Assembly: GCF_006345805.1 (NCBI RefSeq)
Contig: NC_043008.1
Location: forward strand, 15,128,001 to 15,192,000
DNA: 64,000 bases
Source: Octopus sinensis
Taxonomy: Eukaryota
Direction: 5' to 3'
The position numbers and the translations under genes were made by a program. Below, piece by piece: positions 1-13,424 of this stretch. Below the pieces are notes generated by a model, which had not been told where the DNA came from, searched no databases, and worked only from the letters and a program-made list of their open reading frames with translations. Positions within the stretch are counted from its first letter, which is position 1. Each line of letters begins with the position of its first letter.

Positions 1-951
1 AAATTCGTGGCCACGCTGCTATGCTTCTGGCTACACAGAATGTTGCTAATCTGGGAAAGTGTAGGTTGTTCTGTGAATGTAATAAGATGCTATAGTAAAA
101 TTTATTCCGTGTAATAGAAATGAGCGCAGTGACATATCCTTTATAGAGAATGAAATATTACATTCAAGAAATATACCACATAATTGTGCCACAATCACCA
201 AGTCCTGTTATTTTTTTTATATAACGGTGTATTTCTATTTGGTCATTCCACAGATCCTATGATGAGCAACTTTTTAGGAAGGACAAGCATGATTGATCTA
301 AAAAAAAAGACTAGAAAACTTTAGATGAGATTAAGGGTTTATGTTTTGTAAACATTGATAAAGTGGCTTCTGTCAGCAAAGACTTTTTCAGTAATTGGAG
401 CTTTCAGGAAAAAAATCCCTATTACAAATTCCGGAATGTGTCAGGAACCTTCTAATAGTCCGTTTGGATTCATTTCTTACATCATTTGTAAGGAGAGTTA
501 TTTGATGCATAATTCTTCTTGATGCAAGAAGCCTGTTTTGTGAGCTTTTTAGAAAAAAATAATTTGTTTAAAAGTTTCTTTTTCTACCTGAAAAATATTC
601 CCTTCGTTACTGATCATAATTCACGATGTAACGGAATATTTTATCTTTTCCTTTTAATACGACAATAAGGTAAGGAATATAATGTCCTTTATCATTGTAG
701 GCCATTACGGGCTTGTAAGATTGTCGTGGATGATATACTGCATGAAAATCTACAGGTAAATGCTGAGAGGAAAAAAAAACAAACATCATGGACAGGAGGA
801 ACTCGCATAACGACATCGAAAAAGCAGAAGTAATGGTTTAAAACCATGCAGCATATATTAGCCTGAGCCCTAACATTACTCATATATATATAAATATATA
901 TATATATATAGTATATATATATATATATATTATATATATATATATATATAT

Positions 952-1200
952 GGAGGCGCGTGGCATAGTGTTTAGGATGTTAGCATTATGATCGTAACAT
1001 TGTGGCTTCGATTCTTGGACCGTTGACGCGTTGTGTTCTTGAGCAAAACACTTCATTTCACGTTGCTCCAGTCCACTCAGCTGGCAGAAATGAGTAACGC
1101 TGCGATGGACTGGCATCCCGTTCAGCTGGGAAAACATACGCCATAGAAACCGAGAAACCGGGCCCATGAGCCTGGCTAGGCTTTAAAAGGGCGCATTTAT
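952..1200 (+). mobile_element. tRNA-derived SINE, local family C
   Basis: Pol III A-box-like TGGCATAGTG and B-box-like GGCTTCGATTC head, then the body 'tgagcaaaacacttcatttcacgttgctccagtccactcagctgg', which recurs at 32261 (+) and 25765 (-). Confidence 0.8.
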
Positions 1201-1210
1201 TTTTATTTTT

Positions 1211-1212
1211 CC

Positions 1213-1298
<86 letters not shown>

Positions 1299-1369
1299 CT
1301 ATCTATGTATCTATCTATCTATCTATGTATCTATCTATCTATCTATCCATCTATCTATCCATCTATCAT

Positions 1370-1403
<34 letters not shown>

Positions 1404-1472
1404 CTATCTATCTATCTATCTATCTATCTATGTATCTATCTATCTATCCATCTATCTACTATCTATCTATCC

Positions 1473-1565
<93 letters not shown>
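1211..1565. repeat. (TATC)n then (TA)n microsatellite
   Basis: Read directly from the sequence. Confidence 0.95.
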
Positions 1566-1571
<6 letters not shown>

Positions 1572-2139
1572 CATGTGTGTGTGGTGAGAGAGAGTTGTGA
1601 GTGTCTGAAGCATTGAGTTGTTGAGATGATAAACGATTCGCCTTGATGAAGGAGGATGAAACTGAAGCTCTATCTGATAGACTGAGTTGAAAGCAAGGAT
1701 TGGTATTGCAATAGACAGAAACCCTCGAGGCAAAGGGCCTCTAATACTGGAAGCGAAAGTAGTTAGGATTTAACCGTGCAGTTTATAAGGAAGAAGTATA
1801 TAAAGAAGGAAAGAAAAGATAAATCAGAGGCTTCATTCAGTGGTATAAGCTTCACAATTTTGAAGAGCAATACTCAAAGTGGCTGTATTTATTGAAGATG
1901 TCTGATCTAGCATTTAAATTGTCCACAGTTTTGATGTGCTTCATTAGTATGAAGATGAATTCAAAGCTAAAGAAAAATGCATGCAATCGTCCATGAAAAA
2001 CGCATAAGCTATTTCTGTGTGCATGTGAATGTAAATATATACGTATAAACGGCCATACATTACAATAAACTCACATATATGTATGTATATATATCTATAT
2101 ATATATATTGCAAATAAGAAAATGAAGAGAACACTAATT

Positions 2140-2147
2140 CTTGGAGT

Positions 2148-2211
<64 letters not shown>

Positions 2212-2425
2212 AGAGTGTGTGTATATATATGTATGCATAGATATATATCCATACATAGAAGCATACATATATGCACATATATAAATACAAAATAAATATA
2301 TCTATACATTCACGCACACACATATATACAAACAAGCATACATACATACATACATACATACAACATACATACATACATACATATACATACATGCACATAC
2401 ATACATACATACATACATACATACA

Positions 2426-2461
<36 letters not shown>

Positions 2462-2466
2462 TATAC
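2140..2466. repeat. Compound (TA)n/(GT)n/(TACA)n microsatellite
   Basis: Read directly from the sequence. Confidence 0.9.
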
Positions 2467-2699
2467 ACAGAATTTTAGATACAAATGCGAAGATTCGCCA
2501 TTAATTTCACTTAACTTTTTCAATAAGCTCCCAGGAAGAGCAACATTAAGAGGCAAATTGCAATGTAACCTACTGGTACCCGTCAAAGGGATTTACACAC
2601 AAAAGAATTGTTTTACAAAACGAATGCGAGATAACAGGGCTACAACTAGGAAAACAAAAGTAGACGTATGGCACTACTAACGTCAACATCGTTGATGCA

Positions 2700-2742
2700 G
2701 ACGATGACGACGTCAACGACGAAGACGATGATGATGATGATG

Positions 2743-2819
<77 letters not shown>

Positions 2820-2823
2820 AAAA

Positions 2824-2904
<81 letters not shown>

Positions 2905-2927
2905 TAATGATAATAATAATAAGAGTA

Positions 2928-2962
<35 letters not shown>

Positions 2963-3021
2963 AATAATAATAGTAATAATAATAATAATAATAATATTAA
3001 TAATAATAATAATAATAATAT

Positions 3022-3053
<32 letters not shown>

Positions 3054-3125
3054 AATAATAAGAGTAATATAATAATAAAATAATAATATTAAAAAATAAT
3101 ATTAGTAATATTAGTAATATTAATG

Positions 3126-3193
<68 letters not shown>

Positions 3194-3226
3194 ATAAGAG
3201 TAATAATGATGATGATGATGATAATA
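2700..3226. repeat. (GAC/GAT/AAT)n trinucleotide array
   Basis: Read directly from the sequence. Confidence 0.95.
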
Positions 3227-3502
3227 ACGCTGAAACAACATTACAAGCAGAAAACAGCTTGAATAACAACTCACTGAAAATTAATGACGAAAATAACAAT
3301 TTCTTAAAGAAAATGCTTTGTACTTATGTGACTATATATATAATTATATATATATATATATCTTATATTATATATATTATATATATGTGTGTAGGTGTGT
3401 GTATGCATATATATATATGTTTATACAGAGAGATGTTGTAACTATAATCTCTATATATGAATATCAATTATGCATACACACCACCACACATGCATACATA
3501 CG

Positions 3503-3537
<35 letters not shown>

Positions 3538-3599
3538 GGTATGATGTATGTATGTATGTGTGAGTGCGTGTATGCATATATATATTATATAGAGAGATA

Positions 3600-3639
<40 letters not shown>

Positions 3640-4180
3640 TATTATATATATATATATGTGGTGTGTGTGGTGCATAAAACGCACTCATACACACATACAC
3701 ACAGCTATATATACATTCCCCACAAAAGATAGAACGGAAGGTTAGCGGCAGATGGACTGAGAGCGCATAGAGTGCGACAGGAAGTGAAGGGGACAGTGAT
3801 TGAAGAGAGGAGCCGGTGGTGCAATATGGAGTAGTAGGAGGAAACAGACGCGTAGTTTGAAAAATGTTCAACAAAAGCTACCGTATTGCCTGTGACAGAA
3901 GACATGACAAATTGAAATGTGTTTCTCTTCTGAAAGAGGGAATGTTACGGGGGAGAGAACGGGAGAAAGTAATGCAATTGTGGGTGAAGGAATGCAGCGC
4001 AAGGAAGAGGAGGTTTATATATGTTATATAGGTGTATATGTATGTATGTATGTACGAAATTGAAATGTATGAATGTGTGTATGTGTGTATACATATACAT
4101 TGATATTCATATACATGCATACACATGTACACACGCACACATACACACATATATATATACATATATATCTGTATATAAGA

Positions 4181-4220
<40 letters not shown>

Positions 4221-4380
4221 CTTACTCTTTTACTTGTTTCAGTCATTTGACTGTGGTCATGCTAGAGCACCGTCTTTTAGTCGAGCAAATCGACCCCAGG
4301 ACTTATTCTTTGTAAGCCTAGTACTTATTCTATCGATATCTTTTGCCGAACTACTAAGTAACGGGGACGTACACAAACCA
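4221..4380 (-). mobile_element. SINE family A, 3' fragment
   Basis: Reverse complement of the family-A 3' half (…gactaaaggcggtgctc…gactgaaacaagtaaaagag) seen in the full copy at 54198-54621. Confidence 0.8.
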
Positions 4381-4392
4381 TATATATATATA

Positions 4393-4582
4393 TGTTTGTG
4401 TGTGTGTGTGTTTGTCCCCACCACCATCACTTGACAACCGATGCTGGTGTGTTTACGTCCCTGTTACCTAGTGTTTCAGCAAAAGAAACCGATAGAATAA
4501 GTCCTAGGGTCGATTTGTTCGACTACAGGCGATGCTCCAGCGTGGCCGATGTGAAATGACTGCAACAAGTAAAAGGAAAAAG
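4393..4582 (+). mobile_element. SINE family A, 3' fragment, inverted relative to 4221-4380
   Basis: 'cttgacaaccgatgctggtgtgtttacgtcc…caagtaaaagg' matches the family-A body. Confidence 0.8.
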
Positions 4583-4791
4583 AATGTATTCATGAATATA
4601 TCTCGATATGCATAGGTATATATCGCTATCTTTATATGCATACGCACATATACATACATGCAAATAGAGATAGTGCATATATTATATATATATATATATA
4701 TATATGTATGCATGTATGTAGTATGTATCAATGTATGTATCATGTATGTATGTGTGTATGCATGAATGCATACATACGTTTGTGTGCATGA

Positions 4792-4838
<47 letters not shown>

Positions 4839-4962
4839 TAACATACACATAATGAGGATGCGATTATTTATATATATATATCTATGTGGTGTGCGTATGT
4901 ATATATGATACACACAGAAGCGGATAATACATTATATATATATATATATGTATAATATATAG

Positions 4963-5011
<49 letters not shown>

Positions 5012-5129
5012 CTATATATATATATCTATATATATATATATATATACACATATATATATATATGTGTGAATGCGCATACATATATATACATATATATTCG
5101 TGTAGATATATAGTTAGAGACATGCGTAC

Positions 5130-6520
5130 ATATCATATTCAGAGGAAAGAAAATGGACGTACACTGATAAATGAGAAAAAAAAAATCGCGATAAGTTCGA
5201 GCTTAGAAATTGAAAATAGTATATAAAATGAAATACAAGACAATGAAAGAATTCTTACAAAAATGGCAAAGATTTATAAAGAAGACAAACTGTTTGACGA
5301 ATTTGCAAAAATAAACGACAATAAATTGAATTGAATTGAACTGAAATGTAAAAAGATAAAGAAAAACATGAATGAGATGAAGTATAAAATTTGAAGAAAA
5401 TAAATATGAAATGACTAAAGGAACAATGAATGAAAATAATACTTTTGGGACTGAGGGAAACTGCAGTAAAATGATAGTAATGCGACATAGAAGAGGGAAT
5501 TGAGAATATGAGAAAGGGGGAGGGAAAAATGGAGGAGAATGAGTGGGAGTAGGTAGAGGTGAAGAAATATTTGGAGGAAAAAATAATTTGAGATAAGAAA
5601 AAAATAAGGTTTTTGAGGGGGGAAGAAAAGGAGTGGGGAGAAGAGTAGTAGTCGAAGTTGTAGAAGAAAGAAAAAATAAGAAAATGAGACTTTGGAGAAA
5701 GAAAGACAAAAATGGAGAAGGGTGGGGAAAAATTAAGAGGAATATAGTAATTAGATACAAGAAAAAAAGGTGGCTTAAGAAGAATGAGAAATGAAGGGGT
5801 AGTTGGGGAGGAGAGAGGAGTAGATAGTCGAATTACAAGGAGAAGAAGAAGAAGAACAGAAGAAGCACGAGATGATGATGATGATGTTGAAGAGAAGTCG
5901 AGATTTAGTAAGGGTAGAGTATAGTAGGATATGGAAGACGATGATAGTAGAAGAAAAATATGATAATGAGATGATGATGATGATGAATAAGAAGAAGAAG
6001 AAGAAGATGATGATGAATAAGAAGAAGAAGAAGATGAGGGAAGAAAAAAGAAGAAGAAGAGAAGAGAAGAAGAAGAAGAAGATAATTATGAAGAAGAAAG
6101 AGATGATTGAAAGAAGAGAAAGTGATGAAGAAGAAAAAAGAAGAAAAGGAGAAGAAAAAGAGAAGATGAAGAAGAAGAAAAAGAAGAAGAAGTAGAAAAA
6201 GAAGAAAAAGGAAAAGAAGAAAAAGAAGAAGAAGAAGAAGAAAAAAATAAAAGAAGAAAAAAGAAGAAAAAGAAGAAGAAGAGAGAAGAAGAAGAAGGAA
6301 GAAAAAAAGAAGAAGAAGAAGGAGAAGAAGAAGGAGAAGAAAAAGAAGTAGCAGAAGAAGAAGAAGAAGAAGAAGAAGAAGAAGAAGAAGAAGAAGATGA
6401 TGATGATGAAGAGATGAAAAGTAAGAAAGATGAAGAAAAGCAAGACTGTGAAAGAGAACAAAAGAAAGAAGAAAGTGGAAGTCAGAAGAAGTAAAACAAA
6501 ATAGAGAAAGAGAAATTTGG
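5130..6520. repeat. Purine-rich low-complexity tract with (GAA)n/(GAT)n core
   Basis: Strong purine skew on the + strand; (GAA)n-dominated from about 5980 to 6410. Confidence 0.9.
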
Positions 6521-6896
6521 AAAACTAGAAAATCTTTCGAAAAAGTAAATAAATAAAAAGAATAGTGTTTAAGGCACAGTTATGTGACAAAGAATGATAC
6601 AAATGATTCGGAAAAACGATATCTAAAGTTGGGATGAAGAATAAAAGAGAAAAAGAAATCGGTATATGGCTAATGAGAAAGGAAAATGTGGGATAAAAGG
6701 ATATTTGTTGTGCTTTTAACACAGCACGCCCATAGATGTTATCTCAGGACAAATACTTCAGTAAACTGGCCTATTAACTGTGTGTATACATTAAGTATGA
6801 TATATATATATCTTTCTCTCGCAGTACATATATATATATATATTCACATTTACATATACACATATATATGCATATCAATGTATGTATGTATGTATG

Positions 6897-6928
<32 letters not shown>

Positions 6929-7251
6929 TGTATGTATGTATATCTATCTATCTTTCTATCTGTATGTATGTGTGCAGTGCGTGTATTATAGAAACACTAT
7001 AGATTGAATAGCCACATAAGGTAAGTGCCATACATCCTCTCATATAGATCATACACTTTTGAACTATCGAACCTAACTATCTATAAAATATTTATCTCTA
7101 TTATATACAATTATGTACAAAAATTTGTCAGTCTTAATTGGTCAAAATTAACGCAAATTTGTCCAAATTTGGACGAAATGGAAATAGTTAAACAATGTAT
7201 TCTTTTAGTCATGTGTCTGCGGCCATGCAGGAGCGCCGCCTTTAGTCGCAT

Positions 7252-7465
7252 TTCAGAGAAGCAAGTGAGAAGACCTCTCCTTCCACCATCGTCGTTGAAA
7301 GAGCTACAGCAGATTTTATCTAACGAATTGTAAACCATTCAGAACCTGTACGAATCCATTATTCGACGTATAAGAGCTGTGATTAATGGAAATGTTGGAT
7401 CGACCCAGTATTAAATAATAAAATTCCCTTTAACAAGGTGTTTTCATTGTTTTGTTCAAGCCCTG
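7252..7465 (+). mobile_element. Tc1-like transposon 3' remnant
   Basis: Translates as 'EKQVRRPLLPPSSLKELQQILSNEL*TIQNLYESIIRRIRAVINGNVGSTQY*', which resembles a Tc1 transposase C-terminus. Ends in a TIR-like 'ttttgttcaagccctg' followed by TA. Confidence 0.7.
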
Positions 7466-8790
7466 TAGCAAACCGTCGTGTCAGGTTGTAAGTATTAACA
7501 ACTGCAATATCCGTTTCCAATTACCTATTACAAAAAATAACCCAAATAACAGAAAAATAGAAAAACCCTAAAAACAAATGCTTTGCTGCGTTACAGTTTT
7601 AGCAACTTATGAATACTTAAATAAATAAGTTTAGCTCGTAATTCCTTTAAACTTGAGTTTGATACGTCTATAACTTTTGTATCTACAAGAGGCGGACTGA
7701 TCACTCGCTATCGAATTACATGCTGTAAATGAAATGCAAAGTTTTACGCTTATAATGCTAAAAACCTTAGGAGATTTATATAAATTTCTCAATGGCTCTT
7801 ATATATCTTTATGACAATATTTTACTAACTTATAATTTACGCTAGGGTCTCACATATATTTAAATTAGGGACTTGAAAATCTCAAGCTATCGGACATTTT
7901 TTCACTGATACATTAGTCGAAATCTCCCAGTAGTCCTGTTAAAATTTAGAGTTGTCAAAACTCCAATAAAATTTTTAGCGAGATTACTTTCTCAATAATA
8001 CACACACACACAGGCACACACATACGCACACTCTGCATATATACATAAATTCTTGTACACCCATACACACCCACACACTCTCTCACACACACAAACTCAC
8101 TCATAAACACATGCACGCATATACACACACATATAGCTATACATAGAACATGTACATACATTCAAATATATATTTGTGCGATATATATATATATATATAT
8201 AATGAAGTTGAAAATGCCCAGAGAGTGTATTAAAATTGGTTAGAATTTAATTATATTTTAAAATATAGGAACACACTTTACCGAATTTACATTAAATTTT
8301 CAAAAGTGTATTATATATGGAGATGTGTCGCGAATTATGTGTATTAGGGTCGTTGATATAGAACCATTTTTTTAAAGTTGAAATGTGGCTGAGAACGCTA
8401 TCCGTTAACATACAAATTGATTGGTCAAAGTTCATATATTATGCTCATGTGAGAGTCGGGTGAGAAACTTTTCTTTATTGAATATGTCATATACCAGTTA
8501 GAAAAGAGAGATGCGAATAAGTGATATAATAATTATTTACATAAAAATGTTATAAGTAATTATTGTCTATTATTCTGTCGAAGTAGTTCTATTTCCCTCC
8601 CATTGAACATGTTAAAACCTATCCCCTTTTGACAACAAGCTATTGAGTAAGTAAGGTAATAAGGTGTGGAGTAAATGAAGCAGATGATAGCGTCTATATA
8701 AATTTTGGTTTTCTTACAAATGAGATCAAGTAGACATCCTACAATAATTAATTCATAGGAAAATGCGAATCGTGTATTACTGATGTTTTT

Positions 8791-9350
8791 TTAATAGCCT
8801 GTTTAGCAGTGGCTTGTAATTCTTTCGTAAGCAGACTTACATTATTAATTCTTGTTTGGTCTGAAGTATTGTCTGCACATTAATAGAATGGAAGACAATA
8901 AATGTGTGAGACTTGATTTTCACGTAAGTTCCAGATGCTAAATGGAATTTGTCTAGTTTTCGGATCACGTATTTGTTGACGATAAATATTTAATCTCATC
9001 CATGCAAGTTTAGTTCGTCCAATGTAATCTTCCCTGCATCCACTACATTTGAGGACATATAGTAATTTTAATGAACAACCGGTAAAATGGTTCTTCACAG
9101 TAATAACATGTCCTTACTTAAATTTATAAGACTTTGGTTGCCATTTGCATTTCATTAATTTGTATGATTCAAATACCGTTTCTTGGGTCTTGGCTCAATA
9201 ATGATATGTTCTGATGGATAATGCTGAATGTTTCTATTTTTCATGAATTGTGTAATGTAATTAAAGATAGAGATTTTGGTATAAAGAAGCTTAACATTTA
9301 GCATTAAACACTAGCTCCACTGCTATTTCTAGCATTTTGTATTGTTTCTT
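8791..9350 (-). mobile_element. Penelope-like retroelement remnant (linker plus GIY-YIG endonuclease), frameshifted
   Basis: ORF 8880-9098 'LLYVLKCSGCREDYIGRTK…RLNIYRQQIRDPKTRQIP' has the GIY-YIG signature. Upstream frames give 'IIHQNISLLSQDPR' and 'KWQPKS' (Penelope RQPK-like linker); downstream gives 'KPLLN'. Confidence 0.8.
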
Positions 9351-9650
9351 CGACATTCCAGTTAAGCGAAAACATGCTTAGCACAGTAAATAGATAGATA
9401 GGTAACTGTTAGATTTGCCAACTGAAGAAAACATATTTCGCTGTGAAGGTCTAATGACTCTGAAACATGTCTGTTGCTCTCAATAGTTGATGTACACCAA
9501 TTGCTGCAATCAGCCATCATTTGTATTGTATATGAACCACCATCATTTGTATTGTATATGAAGTATATGAACGAAGTTTTGCTTTCGGTGTACTATAATA
9601 TCTGTATATACATACATGCATATATGCATACATATATACAAATATATATT

Positions 9651-9682
<32 letters not shown>

Positions 9683-9693
9683 ATATATAATAT

Positions 9694-9753
<60 letters not shown>

Positions 9754-10751
9754 TACATTTGTGCATATATGTATATAAAATATACACACTCACACATATC
9801 AAATACGTCTTCTTTTAACAAAAAAGTCATTATTTACTTTCCCTTTGTATATAAAATAACTAAACATTGAAACAATAAGTTTTCTTAGTTTTGCAAATTG
9901 AGTACAAGCATTCAGTTACGCACAAAATAAACATTGTTTTCCCTTCACAAAAGCTCTGAATATAATCATATTTATTAATAATTTATATCTGTCTGATTTC
10001 TAATAATCAGGCATTATCTCAAGATCAACATTTTAAATAGTGACACATTAATAAGTACAAATTGTCATTTTTATACGCACCAATGAGAAATAACTTCGGT
10101 CTAATATAAGTCACAACGCGTTCAATTTTACCGAAAGGTTTTATAAACTTTGCAACAAAAAATATAAGTAAATAAATATTTAAAGACGTAAAATTGTATT
10201 TTACGCTATAATATAATTTCCATATACTATATTTGCATGAATTATTCATTTTAGCTACCGGCCAATACAAATATAACATTTATAATATAGCATAATACAT
10301 TATATTATGATATATAATATAATTTATATTATATTATTATATCTATACAATTATATATAATTATGTATATTTTCTTCAAAATTATTATTACTGACATAGA
10401 GTAAACTCTTCATAAAGACATAAAATATATCTAATATTTTTTTCCAGTTATCGATCAAATATAATTTATAGTATTTATTATGAGCCATTATAAATTATTT
10501 TTGAAGTCCCGTAATTTCACCCCTTTATCTGCCAATATTTAAAATTTCTGTTCACCTACCATTCTGATTCTGCCTTTATATAGTGATCATTTCCACAATC
10601 TCCGATTTTCTTACTGTGTACAGAATAACATTTTCCGAGGATCCTAAATCACTGGAGTTACTGATATATGTGTTAATGTTTATCGTAGTTTATTATTTAT
10701 AGTTTGAAAAATCTATGAAACGAAATGTTATAATTTTTAAGCCGAACTAAG

Positions 10752-10925
10752 TGTGGATGTGTGGTAAAAAGTTTGCTTCTCAACCACATGGTTACGGGCT
10801 CAATCCTACTGTGTCGCACTTTGGGCAGAAATCATTTACTAATACCTCAGGCTGATCAAAGTCGCGTGAGTAGATTTGGTCGATGGAAACTGAATCGCGC
10901 GTGTGTGTGTGCATGTGTGTGTGTT
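10752..10925 (+). mobile_element. SINE family A, diverged 5' half
   Basis: 'tgtgtggtaaaaagtttgcttctcaaccacatggtt…gatttggtcgatggaaactgaa' matches the family-A head. Confidence 0.7.
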
Positions 10926-10939
10926 TGTGTAGTTCGGCT

Positions 10940-11785
10940 TAAAGATGTAATGCTTCGTTCCAGGAGTGCTACGAATATGGCATTCTCTGTACTGCATGGC
11001 ATTCTCGGCGGAAGCTCCACTACAAACGTTTCAGCGTGTTTGGGTATCAATGTGAGGAGAGTGTAATCTTAGTACATGTACCGAGTGTGATAAAAATCAA
11101 ATATCCAGTAACCATCATGATGTTTGTAGTGGTTATGCCTCCATTCATCTTCCCACACAGCCTAAGACTGAAGGCAGAGGCCTACTTCAAGTGCCTGGAG
11201 GAGGTAGCGTTGCCCTGAGTCAAGAGTATGGCTGCTGGAAGTCCCTATGCCTGGCAACAGGACTCTGCACCATGCCACACAAGCAGGAGAACTCAGTTAT
11301 GGCTGTTAGACAATTTCTGCGACCACATCACCTCTAACACCTGGCCATTTAATCCATCAGACTGCAACTCCCTTTTATTATGTGTGGGGCGCAGTTGAGC
11401 GAGAGACCAATAAAACTCCTTGTAACACCAATGATAAACTGAAGGTAAGGATTATGGCAGCATTGAGCAACTTAAACAAGGAAGTAGTCCAGAAAAGTTG
11501 CAGAAGATTCCGAAGTCGTCAGGAAGCCGTGGTGAAGCCAATGGCAATTTTATTGAATAAATTTACTCTTTAATATTTCAAGATACTTTTATGAAATTTT
11601 GGTACATATATCTTTTACAATGAGATGTCAGTGTTATTTTCGTAAGCCAATGGAAATTTTATCGAATAAATTCACTCTTTAATATTTTAAGATATTTTAA
11701 TGAAATTTTGGTAAATATATATTTTAAAATGAGATGTCAGTGTTATTTTCATTTTTGCAAAATTAGACGTCAGTTTATTCACCTC

Positions 11786-11790
<5 letters not shown>
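10940..11790 (+). mobile_element. Decayed Tc1/mariner-superfamily (maT/DD37D-like) transposon with internal deletion
   Basis: N-terminal 'VLHGILGGSSTTNVSACLGINVRRV' is joined directly to the catalytic region 'MPPFIFPH…YAWQQDSAPCHTSRRTQ…WPFNPSDCN…VWGAVERETNK'. 3' TIR-like 'tttattcacctcaccct' followed by TA. Confidence 0.7.
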
Positions 11791-11831
<41 letters not shown>

Positions 11832-12614
11832 GTGTGTGTGTATACACGCACACACACCAACATTAAGAAACATTTGAAAATACACTCCCGCCATATGCTG
11901 AAGTAAACAATACTATATTTCTATATATTATCCAGATAGAATCGCGTCATTTATAGAGGTGTATGAACAGGTGATGCTTTCATTTTCAGAACTGTTATTC
12001 AGAGAGTCATATCTGTGATGTTGTGGCATTCATGTTAAATAGAAAAACTTGGGCCTAAAAAGATTACAAAAACACATGATTCTTATTGCAAAATTCTTTA
12101 AAAATTTTGCCAAAATCCCTGAAATTAACATTAAAAATGGAATTACAAATTTCCTTCAAGAAATGAGCTGTTACTGTAATTAGAGAATTAACTGTTTTGC
12201 AATTATAAAGAAAGCCTCAAATATGTGAGGAAATTTGTTAGTAGTAGAAAATTGAAATACAAGACTTTTGGAAAAATATCTAACGTCATTATTTTAATTT
12301 ATCTAATTGGAGAAATTTCTCAAAAGTTGCTCGGAGATCATAGCACTTATTCATTAAATTGTGTCTCGCTGTGGGATTGAAATTATAACGACACATGTTC
12401 GGGTTATCACCATTGCTGACAAAGTTTAGAATTACTCCCTCTTTTGTAAAGTTCCATTACATATAATTTTTTTATTGATTGAAATAGTATGGTGCAATGT
12501 CCACTGCACATTCTCTAAAATTGTGATTAAAATACCTACCTACCGACATACCCCTCTCTCTCTCACTTCCTATATATATATATATTTCTATTTTTGAATT
12601 CGTTTTGAAGAATT

Positions 12615-12927
12615 TTTAGTCGAATGAATCGACCCCAGTAGTTATTGTTTTGAATCCCGTACTTATTCTATTGGTTTGTTTTGTCGAACCACAAGATTAC
12701 GAGGACATAAACACACCAACTCCGGTTGTCAAGCAGTGGTAGGGGACAAACATAGGTACAAACATACACATATACAACGGGCTTCTTTCAGTTTTCGTCC
12801 AACAAACTGTTTGAAAAATATTAGGTTGGCCTGAGGATATTGGAAGAGAAACTTGCCCAAGGTGCCACTCAGTGAGTCAGAACCCATAACCACGAGGTTG
12901 TGAAGCAGACTTCTTACCACACTGCCA
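12615..12927 (-). mobile_element. SINE family A, diverged
   Basis: Reverse complement of the family-A body and head ('acttgcccaaggtgccac…cttaccacac'). Confidence 0.7.
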
Positions 12928-13329
12928 GGTCTACACGGATGTACGAATATACATATGCAGAAATATATATTTGCATAGAGAAAAGAACGCAAGATATGGA
13001 AGATGTTACTAGAGGGTGATTGGACGGGGTGTAGTTTAGCGTTATTTTAATAGTCTCAATTTATTGTATATAAAATTGTTTTTCAGACATCTTTATGTGA
13101 TTCATTAAAATCCATAAAAAAAGGCATACATTAACACAGACACTTGCACATACACAATACGCACATTGTCATTGACATAGAAATGAAACACCGACATCTA
13201 GAATGTGGACTTGGTGCCTCGCATTGCACACTCGCAAAATGATGCACACGGAAGCAGGGACATATTAACAAACATACAGAGATGAACATTGCGAACATAG
13301 ACATAGATGTCTGATAAAATAAGCATTAC

Positions 13330-13424
13330 TTTGGATTTGAGCCTAAATCGTTTGAAACTGAAGCCCGAGAGGGTACCAAGTGACGGTACTCCATCACGAT
13401 CGGAACCAACATCTTCGAAATCAT
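13330..13424 (-). CDS. Candidate internal coding exon of an unidentified minus-strand gene
   Basis: Acceptor 'tttcttccttttctcttcag|'; 95 nt open in phase 1, '(D)DFEDVGSDRDGVPSLGTLSGFSFKRFRLKSK'; donor 'AAA|gtaatg'. Unique, non-repetitive sequence. Confidence 0.45.

Noticed and set aside
255-520. Possible decayed retroelement RT fragment ('LDEIKGLCFVNIDK')
   Set aside because: Too short and broken to assign by eye.
880-5123. Many 60-140 aa ORFs rich in YI, YLSI, CV, HT and poly-I
   Set aside because: Translations of (TA)n, (TATC)n, (GT)n, (TACA)n and (AAT)n microsatellites; the same applies to similar ORFs throughout the window.
5203-6461. 185-aa and 228-aa hydrophobic minus-strand ORFs and a Lys/Glu-rich plus-strand ORF
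   Set aside because: By-products of the (GAA)n polypurine tract, which lacks stop codons; no domain features.
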